Shown: positions 30,100 through 42,143, numbered from the stretch's first letter. The stretch: 64,000 nt of DNA from Schmidtea polychroa (GCA_044892525.1 CM097886.1:32178001-32242000), one strand, 5' to 3'. The notes: generated from the sequence alone by a model not told the origin. Numbers and translations are program-made.

Positions 30100-31740
30100 C
30101 CCTTAATTCCCAAATAATTTTGCTCAATTTTATTTTTCCTTCTGTCATTTGTACACTTGGTCATATGGTATCGATTATTAATATTTATATTTGATGTTAC
30201 CATTAACATTTAACATTTCTAATGCGGTTTCATCGTAATTTTGCCGCTCTATATTTTGTCTCTAAAATTATATAAACAAATAATTATTTATTTCATGTGA
30301 TCATACGACAGAAATATCACTGCATCCATCAATTATCTTCTTTTTGCGGCACTCAGAGCCTTTTGATCTAATTTAATTAATTGTTTTGTTCCTTCACCAT
30401 TTCTCAATTCTTTATTCAAATGTCACTTTTCTGCAATCAACGCATTATTCAAATTAATTTCATTACTATTCTCATGTTAATATTTAAAACATCCTCATCT
30501 TTAATTGTTAGAAAAGTTAGAAGTTTAAATGAAATGGAAAACGTAATAGTAGAATGGTTTTACATTTTTAATTTCTCTACCGTACCTATTTTCTTGCAAT
30601 TTTTAGTTTTGGTGAGACTATTTATTGGAAAGGTCCTCAATGATTTTTCAGAGAATAATCTTTGAAAACTACTATTGTGAATTTTGTGGATTTTTGTATT
30701 TGACCATTTTATTTTTAGGATTTGCATTTATGCGAGAATTGAATATCAAAGCTGCAATCAACGAAAAACTCGTTCGGTATTTCAATCTGATAGATGAAGG
30801 TTAGTAATATGTGAAATTCTGATAAATGTAATTGAACCCCATACCAATTATTAGAAGAAAAGAATGTGACGGACAATAATTGGATAGGTCTGTCATCAAA
30901 TGGAACCTTTTTATTCGGCCTACCTCTCAAGGAGCATGTTCGCAAATTGATTTATAAATTCTGGTAATAATGATTTTGTTCCCGAGTGCCTCACAATTAT
31001 TATTTATAATAAAATTAACAATTATTTATATTATTTTTAATCATAAAAAATTATTAAATAGAATATTTTTATTATTTATATTATTTATTTATATTATTTA
31101 TTTATATTATTTATTTATATTATTTATTTATATTATTTATATTTATATTTATATTATTTTTAATTATAAAAAATTATTAAATAGTTTATAAAAATATATA
31201 AAATAAAAAATTATTTAAATAAACAAGAGGAAAGATATTTAGCAGATTCAAAAAAATGAAAGAGCGAAAAATGATTAACTCCCAGACCAATATTTTAGAG
31301 AGAAATTTTGAACTTGTAATGGAGTAAAAAAATGCTGAAGGTTTACGGATGCACTTGTAAACAGTTTATGTGTATAGACGGTGTCTCCAGAGGCGAATAT
31401 GATTTTTCAGACGCCATGTTTACAAGTTTGCAGATATTTTTTCTGTGATTTAGCTAATTTGCAAGTGATGTGATTTACAGTGTAACAGTGAAAGTATGCA
31501 ATAGAGTTGAATCAGCAATATTGTATACTTACCTGGCGCGAAGAGAAATCTTCGCGTCTTTTGCATAGTACTGATGAGAGCCAAAAGCTCGAAAAAAGCG
31601 ACAAAAAGGATAGTGATATATTCGCGTATCATTGTATCATTAATAACCAACATTAAAAAATTAGAAAAAATAATATTTCTCTTGTATTTTTAATTTTAAA
31701 AATTGAATCCGTCAAATTGACGGGTTCCGTAAATCTAGTG
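30100..31740 (-). mobile_element. Decayed piggyBac (PGBD4-like) with one intact terminus
   Basis: Terminus ccgtcaaattgacgggttccgtaaatctagtg followed by TTAA at 31741. VTFFSSNNWYG...EIPNEF resembles the piggyBac 'TCDNWFTS...EIP.EF' motif. The other end was not located. Confidence 0.7.
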
Positions 31741-32937
31741 TTAAAGATGCGGTTTAATGTTGTATTGAGGAAATCTTCACTTTTTATTATTCTAGAAGAG
31801 AAATCTATTAATTTTTTGGAATTGGCATAAACAGGTTGGATCTACAATCCGAATTTACAGGAGAATTGAAAATATAATTTTAAATATTAAATTCAGCGCG
31901 ATGGGCAGGATGATATACTTCTCTTTTGATTGTAAAAATTTGCTTTCTTGATATAATGAAAACTCTATCGTAGATATCGGTAGCAAGTAATAAAAACCTA
32001 AAGAATGCAAAAAATATGAATACTTTCAAATTTGTTTTTTGTGTGCTTTTGTTTAAAATGTTGAATGTCGTAAATAAATGGAGTTATTAAAAAAATTTAT
32101 AAATAAATATTTTATAATATTATTTATTAAAAAATTAAGAACTAGTTATAAAAGCTATAAAAACTTCGAAATTTTTTATTCTTAAATTTTGAATTTTAGA
32201 GTAAATTTAATTTTAAATTCTTTGAAAAAGTTTTATTTTGATTTATTTTGTTTTAAACAAATTAGAAGAGAGAAAATGGGAAAAAACGATCAAAAAGCAT
32301 TTGAAAATTGAAACAGTTTAATTCCAGGAAATTGATAAGAATTATTTTTATAGTCGAAATTTTTTTCATTTTATTTAATATACTAGGGCCTATGCCCCTG
32401 TTTGCTTCGCTTCACCAACCCCGTTAGAACGTGGGGTTAATGTTAAAATTAATATCCAAGGTATTCTTGGACAGGAGTAAGATTCAGTTTATTAATATTT
32501 TAACATAACTATGATGAAAGATAATAGCATAAACCGTTTCTAAGTAATATAGAACAATAAGTACAAAAGAATAAATACTTCAAAATTCAAAAAAAAATTT
32601 TAAAAAAAATTAAAAAATAGAAAATTAATAAAAAGTAAAATTCGGATGGAGGGGACCTTTAGCTTTTCTATATATAGAGAAATACTTCGCATCAAAGGGA
32701 TTATATTATTATTTAATTGTTTAACATTGTTTAACATAATGCTGCTATCNNNNNNNNNNNNNNNNNNNNNNNNNNNNNNNNNNNNNNNNNNNNNNNNNNN
32801 NNNNNNNNNNNNNNNNNNNNNNNNNNNNNNNNNNNNNNNNNNNNNNNNNNNNNNNNNNNNNNNNNNNNNNNNNNNNNNNNNNNNNNNNNNNNNNNNNNNN
32901 NNNNNNNNNNNNNNAATAGTTTTTAATTTTGGTTTAG

Positions 32938-33197
32938 GATCGTTTTATACACGGTAACTGCCCATATCCTAAAAGCTTCGTTCAGCATAAATGTGAAGCC
33001 TAATAATTGGATGAGTCGTACAATAAATCACATTATTAGACTGACATTGAGAATTAATGATAAATCCGAAGAAAATTATAAACTAACTTCTCTGAGTTTT
33101 CGAGTCCAACTCATGAAAGAAATTGGCAAAGTTTTAAAACCAGATTGCGAATATAAATGTGCTATGAACATTTTATTATTCGATTTGAAGATTATGC
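32938..33197 (+). CDS. Dystroglycan-like exon: end of CADG/Ig domain and first half of SEA-like module 1
   Basis: tttag acceptor. IVLYTVTAHILKASFSINVKPNNW...FRVQLMKEIGKVL...DLKIM parallels DAG1 'EYFMHA...FEIHV...KIALVKKLA'. GTAAAT donor, then a 55-nt intron. Confidence 0.75.
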
Positions 33198-33252
33198 GTA
33201 AATTTATCTTTTAGATAAATGATTTTTATTTTATTCAATTTTAATTTTTAAG

Positions 33253-33570
33253 AAAAATCTTTGATTCTTATCGAATGGAGTCATTTGCTTGTTCTGGATA
33301 CAGATGGTGACCTGAAAGAGATTGGCTTTCAGTGTCCATGGAATAATTTAAAGAAATTGTACAAGAACATAAATGGTATATCCAATTATGAGATAGAACA
33401 ACGAGCCGTTCAGAAAGTTCCAGCTCAAGCGTTATCAGAAGAATTACAAAAAGCTAAAATTGGTTCAGTAGTCGATGTTAAGATAGAAAGAATGGGAGCA
33501 TGTTCAGGTCAAGTACCAGATTTAGAGGTGATCAACAAGGATCTATTACCGAATATTACTGCAATTTGTG
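33253..33570 (+). CDS. Dystroglycan-like exon: second half of SEA-like module 1 and start of next Ig domain
   Basis: KSLILIEWS...FQCPWNNLKKL...GACSG...VINKDLLPNITAICG parallels DAG1 'GSIVVEWT...PCPKEQI...GSGSC'. Phase 1 at both ends. The donor is a weaker GTTAGA. Confidence 0.8.
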
Positions 33571-34738
33571 GTTAGAATATTATAATATAAAATCATATCA
33601 TTGAAAATATTTTTATAATATTTGTAAAAGGATAAATAATGAGCTTTTTACTTTGCAAATAACTCCGGAAATTGTGAAAGGAAAATTTGTTATGCTTGTT
33701 TTTATTTGAAATTATTTTTCGGTTGTTTAAATACTTGTCAGTAAATACTTTATGAATTTATACTCACTCTGTAATGTTTAATTCTCCGTACATTTATTCC
33801 GGAAATGTATTTTACTCACAATGACTATAGTAATAAATAGTTGTATTAGTTATGGGCGAAAATAGATCATAACAAATAAATGTAGTTATAATTATTAATA
33901 AGTATAATAATTATTATCATTATAGAGTTATTAACCTGTTAACCGGGTAGGACACACACATATATGTATAATATACATTGTATATGTCCGAGTAAATAGT
34001 AGTGACTACGGGCAGGACGCATATTTGTGATGCACCGAAATGGGTGGTGCGTTTATTTTTGTTATACTGTTTTGTGAGTTGTTGTACATGTTTCGACTTT
34101 ATTTTAATTAATTTTAAGTGTGGATTAAAAAGATTGAATTAATAAATTAAATGTATCGGGGTTAGTAGCTAATACACTAGTATCTTGGTAGATGTGCTTG
34201 ACAATGTTTCAGGAAATTTTCAGGGAAAAAACAAGGGTTTTGGTGTATTTCTTTTCATGGTTTAATTTTTTTTAATTTAAATTTTACATATTACATTATT
34301 TAAATTTTAAAATATTAAAATAAATTTTTATAATATTTTCCAACTTCCTAATGAATATTAGGTTGTCTGTACAGATTGTCTCTAGTAAGTCTATCTACAT
34401 GAATGGCATCTGTTCATTTTGACAGGATTTGTTAATTGAGATTTTTTTTCATTTCGAGATATTTAAGGTTTTGCATTTTACAATAATGTTAACCTTTAAT
34501 GTATTTATTTTGCTATTCCGAGATTCCGTGGGAATATGATACTGTATTGTCTTTTTATTATAAATATGCAAAGAAGACATTCATGTTTACCTTTAACTTA
34601 TAACTTTAACTCAATTTTTATAAAATTTGACTTATCCCCTTTTATTTATAACTGCTTAATTAAGAAATGTAAATCATTGAAATTTTGATCAGGTAAAGGG
34701 TCATTTTTACGAGTATTTTTATTTAGTAATTAATTTGA

Positions 34739-34740
<2 letters not shown>

Positions 34741-34790
<50 letters not shown>
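34741..34790. repeat. (TTA)n microsatellite
   Basis: About 16 consecutive TTA units. Confidence 0.95.
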
Positions 34791-34791
<1 letters not shown>

Positions 34792-37019
34792 TGACAAGGA
34801 CTATCTTATAGTCGAAAATTCTTTCATTAAATACATTATTTGCCGCAAAGGCTTAAATTATCATTTTATTGTTTTAAATAATAAATGCTGCTANNNNNNN
34901 NNNNNNNNNNNNNNNNNNNNNNNNNNNNNNNNNNNNNNNNNNNNNNNNNNNNNNNNNNNNNNNNNNNNNNNNNNNNNNNNNNNNNNNNNNNNNNNNNNNN
35001 NNNNNNNNNNNNNNNNNNNNNNNNNNNNNNNNNNNNNNNNNNNNNNNNNNNAAGGCTTTAGGATAACTCTGTGTTCAAAATATAAAAAATGTATTTGGAT
35101 GTCTATACGTACCCCATTATAACTTTAATTATTCGTTTTTTAATTTTTATATTAATAGAATTTTGTAGTTATTTTCAGCGCTCTTTAAGACGCATGGAAA
35201 TTTAGTGAAAATAACTCGTTACAAACCATAATATTAATTTTATTTATAGATAAATAACTGATAAATAAACAATCAATTTAATTGGTAGAAATTTCAGATT
35301 AAAATTCCTGTAACTTCACAATGATTGACTTAAGAATATCTGCTCATGACACACCTTGAACTTAAAAAAGATCCCACTTATATTGTCTAAAGAAAACTCG
35401 GTTGACTTTCAAGTCTTTCTATATAAATACGCTATTTATCAATTTTGTAACCATGAAATAATAAATTAGAAATTCATCATTATGACGAGCAGGGCCTCCT
35501 GTAAAAGATTCACATTGGACGAATAATTTGAAATAGCTGTATTATTAGTATGGTACAAATTGCGATCTTTAAATGTAATGCAAAAAGCTCCACAAATAAG
35601 TGTATATTGAAATTTGAAATAATAAAAAAGTTATAATCAATTTTTAAGAATATTTGTTAGAGCCTCAACAACACGTAAAGGCGTCAAAATTAGAGATAAA
35701 ACCTTTTGATAATTTTGTTGATGAGTTTCGTAGTTGAATTGTTAAAAATTTATTGTATAATATTTTATTGTATTAAATTTATTAATGTTTTAGAATCTCT
35801 TCAAACAAATGACTACTTCTTATAAAGGTTGTATTAATATTATAAAATCTTGTATTCAAATCAACGTCTGCTTTAACATTTGTTATCTCATTTTTATTAA
35901 AATCATTTATTGAAAAATCTTTGTAAATTTAGCCAGAAATTTTATTATTGTTCTTTATTAAATTCTTTCAATAAAATAAATCTTTTGAAACTTTGTTATT
36001 CATGATATATTCGATTCGTTGCAAGAGCGTATATCAGTACTAACATGGGAGCTCTTGTTGATAATTAATAAGCAGGAATTTTTTTTGTGCCTTTAAACAC
36101 ATTTTCAATATTTTTCATCACATATTTTACATATAAATTCTGATTTTGAATTAAATTTACTTTACTTGTTTCAATTGTTTTCTGTTAACAGATATTATAT
36201 CCTTGAATAACTGGACAAGTATTGTGTCCTTTAAATTAATTCATCAAAGTTCTTGGGTCCCGGGAAATTTTACAGACATTTTCAAATGAAAATTGAATAT
36301 GGTAAACTTTTTTGGCTAGAATATATTAATAGTATTATTAGTATAGATTGCTATATTTGGATGTATTTTGAAACCTGAAATAATTATTCTGTTGCAAATA
36401 ATTTCTAATGATTTTAACCTTTTAAAAGAATTAAAGTTAAATCATGAAATATTTTATTTAATAAAAATTTCAAAATGGTTTTTCATAAAATAATTTTAAT
36501 TTGAACTAATAGGAAAAATATCAGTAAAATAAAACCTGAAAATGACATGAAAAAATTATTTTAATAAACTTAAAAGCTGTAACCAAAAAAGATGAAACAA
36601 TAAAAAAACATAAGAAAAAAGGAGTNNNNNNNNNNNNNNNNNNNNNNNNNNNNNNNNNNNNNNNNNNNNNNNNNNNNNNNNNNNNNNNNNNNNNNNNNNN
36701 NNNNNNNNNNNNNNNNNNNNNNNNNNNNNNNNNNNNNNNNNNNNNNNNNNNNNNAATATGTATTAAATGAGAAAATTTTAGACTATAAGACAATCCTTTT
36801 CAATCCTGAGAGATTGTAATACTTATAATAAAGGATTATGATATATTATAAGAACTTTTTTTAATTGTCACCCCTGATTTCATTTCAACTGACATTGTAT
36901 TTATTAAAAAACTTGGCTATGAATCAGTAAAGATATAAAAAACACCGATATCTTTATTGGTTCATAGTCAAGTTTTTTAATAAATTCAATTATGATATAC
37001 ACTATAAAACAGAAAATAT

Positions 37020-37385
37020 GTTTCTGTCTGTCACAAGATCTCCACACAAAAGGTGAATAGTAACAATGTGACATGTGTATATTTCGTTTTGGCTGCCATT
37101 TTTAGTTCAACTGTAGTATTTTCAACCTTACATTATTTTTTCACTCAAGGTCACAGGCTTTCGTTTGATATACGAGTGCTTCTCATATAGACAGCTGTAG
37201 GAATTTAAGAGCAAAGGATGCCTCAACATTGTTCACCATCGTCGAAGATCAACAATAGACAAAAAATATTATTTATAGCCGCATATTGAAATAAATTTGA
37301 TATAGCAGGACGAATAACATTAATTATAATGAATGAAGAATAAATTTTAATTTATCCCGGGTGAAGCCGAATAATAAATCTCGTA
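37020..37385 (+). mobile_element. Helitron-like non-autonomous remnant
   Basis: ctgtctgtc start and a degenerate ccgggtgaagccg 3' hairpin about 15 nt before ctcgt (CTAGT-like). Confidence 0.35.
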
Positions 37386-37869
37386 ATAACTCTAATACTA
37401 ATAATAATATTATTATTAAACAAAATAATTTGATATTTTTAAAATAAAATGATTAATTCTGTTTAAACAACATGAAAAAGAAATGTCATTTATAATTCAT
37501 GAAAATAATTGAGCGATCATTGCTACCTGTCATGCTGTTGCTATCAAACATTATAATGCCTGTTACCGCCCATAAATGTTTGATGATTATTATTTTATTG
37601 TTTTTTTATGATCATTAAATTTTTTATAGTAAAAAAATTAAGTTTTTGTTTAAAAATAATTTTAAAATGAAAGCAATTTTTTTATAATTTGATTAATAAT
37701 TTTATTATCATTTTAACTGATGTATATTTTTTATTTGTTTTACTGATAAAGATTAAAAAAATAAAATTAATTTTACAAAATCATAAAACTGAATAACTTG
37801 TTTTTATTTTTTAATTAGAACCATTTTTCATTCAAGTCGTTCCTCAAAACATCATAAAAATAATTGATT

Positions 37870-38228
37870 TATCAATGTGAGGTGTTTTCAGCTTAGAATT
37901 AAATATTTCAATGATTTATTAAAATAATTTTAAATGATAAATAATTGCTTATTTAAAATAACTTTTAAAAACATTTTTTAATTGAACTTTTTAAATTGAA
38001 ATTTTTAAATTCTTAAATTAAAAAATTAAACAAGCTTTTATTAGTAAATCATTTTTAAATAAACATATTTTAAATATCGAAATTTTAATAAATGGTTTTT
38101 GAAATATTTTATTCAACGCTGAAAATTTGTTTGGAAATTATACAATATTTCATTAAATAAATACTTGGAATTATGACGTTAACCTTTGAACCGGATTTAA
38201 AAAATAATTTAGAAGATGTGTTAGCAGC
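37870..38228. repeat. Dispersed AT-rich repeat body
   Basis: Reverse complement of about 10140-10470. A further fragment lies at 42144-42225. Confidence 0.8.
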
Positions 38229-38753
38229 AAGGAGACAAGTTTGGCAGAGGATTTACAATCTGCTGTCTTATAGACAGACGAGTGAGGAGCCCCATAAATA
38301 TTTTACTATCATAGACGAGTTAGTCGATAAAATATTGGGACATGAGTTAAACAAGGAAAGTTTAATAGAATATCTGCTGGTACACTGTGCAGCCGAGAAG
38401 ACTTTGAAGCGAGAATTGTGTCTAAGTGACACCAAAGGAACAACAGAAGTAAAGAAAAAAATCAAGAAGTTACACGAATCTCGTGTAGTTGCAGAAGAGA
38501 TCTACGCAGTGAGAGAAAGAAGGTCAGAACAGAATATAACAAGAAGTTACAGAGACGCGGTAACAAATCAAGCAAGAAATATTGTATCACCAAGATATAA
38601 TAGCGAGCCGAGAGAATATCGAGAAGAAAGACCGAACAGAACTAAGAACGAATGTTGGATATGTCACAAGGTAGGACATTTCAGTAGAGATTGCATAACA
38701 AAGTAGGCAGTTACATGTTTTAGAAGTGGAAGACAAGGACATGTAAGAATGTA
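38229..38753 (+). mobile_element. Ty3/gypsy gag, 5'-truncated, with CCHC knuckles; interrupted by the 38754 insertion
   Basis: CWICHKVGHFSRDC, then a stop, then VTCFRSGRQGHVRM. The first ~19 codons of the tracked ORF at 38173 come from an adjacent repeat, not gag. Confidence 0.85.
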
Positions 38754-41405
38754 AGATCCGATGACAACGCTAAAGATTTTTGGTAAAAGTCCCCAGAGCT
38801 TAGTAGAATTACTTCATATAACATTCACTAGCACTGGGGCAGAAATCAATGAGTTCTTTATTGCTTTTCAGCTTTTTAACTATTTTTCAGGAATCATTGA
38901 AATGTCGAAGGATCTCCGAACTGCTTGCTGGGATTGTATTGGCTCCAATATTCGAGATATAAGCCAAAATACATATAGATATGCTGACAAGCTCATCTCG
39001 GGATGTTTTGTAATTGAAAACCTGGTCCGAGAACAGCATATAGAATTCCTGGATGCATTCGAATCTGCTATAAAAATATGGCAATCTAACGTAAATTATA
39101 ATCAAAATTACATTACTTTTAAGAATAATAATTCGTTAGAAAAACATGCTTTTTTCAAGAAAAATTTTAAATTTAAAGAAAAAATTAAAGAAAAAATTAA
39201 TTTTAAAGAAAACCCCAATAATTTTAAAAACACCTTAGATAAAATTAAGATAAGTAACGAAAATTTTATTAAAAAACAAGTTAATAAAAATAAAAATAAA
39301 AACGTGAAATATTTTAAAAATACCTTTGATAAAGCTAAAATAAGTAATGAAAATTTTAAAAATTTACAATTCCCTGGAAAAAAGCATGTTAATAATTGGT
39401 TCTTTAATGATTTCAGAAATAAAGAACTTTATAAAAAATCCAAAAAATCCAGAAATAAAAAACGAAAATTAAAGAAAAAACAAATTCAGAATAATTTGTT
39501 TATAAATCCTTCAAAATCCAGATCCGATGACAACGCTAAAAATTTTTTTCGTCCTCCTACGGAGGACGAAAATATTTTACGCAGCTCGCCGGCCTACGGC
39601 CGACTCACAGCAAACGTAAGCCCCGAGACCGAAATATTCAAACACAGCTCAACGGCCTTCGGCCCACTCCAGAAACCTGCTTATTATAGGTCAACGGTAT
39701 CCACGATGGCAAATTCCACAAACAAACCTCTTTATGGTAAACCAAAACCAACCATCAAATTATGGAACCCGGAATCCTCAATTTATATAAACTTACCAAG
39801 ACCCCACTATACTAGTCCTATTCCAAAGAAACCACTTACTATCCAAGAACTCTTTAATCGTAAGAAACGTAAAATTAAACATAATATGCGTTTTGAATAC
39901 CTCTTAACAAATAAGGAACCAATTTATTCAGAAATCATAATCAGCAATACCAATGTACCAGATTCGAAAATCACCAATCTTACTAACATCAACCTAATAG
40001 ACGATAGACCGATAAAAAATGAAAACGACACTTACTTACCAGCTAAAAAGAACACCGATAATGCCGATAATACCAAACTGACACCGAAAACTTCAGAACC
40101 AGATAAAATTAACTTATCGAAAGTAAGAAACATTGGTCTAATTGACGATAGCATAATCCAACATGAAATTAATAATGATGATAGCATAACCGAACCAGAA
40201 AGTGACAGTGATGATGAATATTACCCCCATGTAGAAACTAATTCGGATGATAACTGGGACCCCTACATCTTTAGAGATATTAAAGAACGCCATAACCTTT
40301 TGTTTGGTACTATAATTACAATAAACGGCGTAAAACCACAATGCTAAACCTTGATGACTCTTGAACAAATAGTTTACTATAATTTACTTTCTGACAGATA
40401 TGATGACAGACAGAGCCTTTTTTCAGAAAACAAAAATATTAAAAAACTTGAAAATATGCCAAAAATAGAAAAACCATTCAATGATAGACCAATCGTAGCG
40501 AACCCCGATGATGCTTTAATCCTCGAAGAGAAAATGTTATTGAATATGTTCTTTGAAATCCAGGGCACAAAAGGCAATATATCTGAACTTAACTATAGTG
40601 AATATTTGACAGACATGCATAAAGAATACTTTTCAAATAGAATTAAAAATGTAAAAAAATTCCGACCTGACCTCATTGATAAAAGAATTTCCCATAAAAT
40701 TAAAATGATTGATAAAATACCCAATTTAAAAGAAACTTCAAAAAATACCATATTATCAAATATTCATAAGAAAACCCCGAAAAAAGCTAATAAAAAAAAG
40801 AAGAAGGGAAAACGTAATTAAGTGATTATATTATCAATAGGTCAATGTAGGAGTCCTTGTATGGGCTCCGCCTAACTGATAATACCTTTTTAGTCGTTAA
40901 TATTTATAATATAAAACCTATTCCCTTAAACCTCCTTACCTTGAACACCATTCCTTCCAATCCTTACTATAGTATATTGTATAATATCTGACGGCTACAA
41001 AAATCCCAAATGGAGTCTTCTTACTCCGAATTATTAAATTCATTTAGATATGTGTGTGCACAGAATGCTTGCTGACAGAATACTTTATGGAGAACCGCGT
41101 TTGAAGCCAGAATTCGAAGACTGATATTGGGAAAGAAAAAACTAAACCACCGCTTGCTGATAAAATACTTGATTGTGAAAGAAACTATTAATCTCCTACG
41201 TAATGTATGCCCAGGATGATTGATGATAAAATACTTAGAAAAAAAAAACCACGTTTGATGCCAGAGTTCCTAACTCCAGCATCCAAAGAGAACAAACATA
41301 AAAATTTCAGTTTATTTAAGGGTGAGAACCGTTCTCTCCTTCGGCCTTGAGCCAGTTCGATTTACATAAAATAAAATTTGATTTTTTTTTTTTTTTTTTT
41401 TTTTT
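38754..41405 (+). mobile_element. Unclassified 2.65-kb insertion carrying a 686-codon frame (38761-40821) with one internal TAA and a terminal poly(T)
   Basis: Flanked by TA (38752-53 and 41406-07). Removing it and one TA restores the gag knuckle frame GHVRM*CP. No TIR. T25 run at 41382-41406. No recognisable domain. Confidence 0.75.
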
Positions 41406-42143
41406 TAGTGTCCATAGATGCAGAGAAAGGTAGTCGAATATTATGCGTGTGATACCCCGGGACACGTGAGAAGAGATTGTCAAAAAATAAGATATACGAG
41501 GTGTAGCTTGTGAGTTCATAAAGAGGCAGATTGCTACACAAATTTGGAGAGAATGAGATATCGGAGAATCAATGAGAATTTTGGAAGACAACAAGAGCGA
41601 CACGAAGCAGGGCATGGTTATCAAGGAACGAGAATGAAAAGAAGACAAGCAGACAAGAGATACGTAGCATTCATAGACAAACCAAGTGATGAAAGAATCG
41701 AAGATAAATACAGAGAATACCAAAATATCAACAGCGATGCTGACTCCCAAATTATTAATTATTATAATAAAAGTAAAATATCATGTATTATAGAAAAGGA
41801 TGTGAAAGATACAGTTCCTAAGGAGAGAAAAGTTTGAAGAGGAAATGGTAAGAATTGGAACAATTGAAAGTAGAAGTAGAAATTGTGTATAACAAGCTAC
41901 AGGGAAGACCTAGTGTAACAGTAATGGTGAATGGGGAAATTTTCAACCGGAGCACGAATAAACGTAATGAGTGTGAGCTGTTATAACAAGTTACGAGGAC
42001 AACAATTGATGAGAAGCAACGATAAGTTACAATGTACAAACGAAAGTACAGAGAGGCATGCATTCCCAATGCCAAACATAGACGAGATATTAGATTTATT
42101 AGTAGGGTCCGTTTATTTTAGCTCAATCGATCTTGGTAATGCA
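41406..42143 (+). mobile_element. Continuation of the decayed gypsy element (gag knuckles, protease, internally deleted RT)
   Basis: CP...YACDTPGHVRRDC...TRCSL*VHKEADCYTNLE; TGARINVMS (protease); HAFPMPNIDEILD...YFSSIDLGNAY (RT). Confidence 0.85.

Noticed and set aside
31850-31990. Possible dystroglycan Ig exon (KFSAMGRMIYFSF)
   Set aside because: In-frame stop follows, and it needs weak, speculative splice sites.
34362-34430. Micro-exon GCLYRLSL with a GTAAGT donor after exon 33570
   Set aside because: The downstream frame closes quickly, and exon 47948 gives a better CADG-like continuation.
38173-38228. MTLTFEPDLKNNLEDVLAA as the gag N-terminus
   Set aside because: These bases are the end of the dispersed repeat also present inverted near 10140-10200, so the fusion is fortuitous.
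38757-39580. Hammerhead ribozyme (CCGAUGA...stem...GAAA) at both 21-mer copies
   Set aside because: About 20 nt separate the core-like heptamer from the stem, the U4 position is C, and no stem I pairing is available.
38757-41409. Helitron interpretation of the orphan insertion (A|TC start)
   Set aside because: There is no CTRR 3' end with an adjacent hairpin and no Rep/helicase motif, and that boundary does not restore the gag frame, whereas the TA-duplication boundary does.
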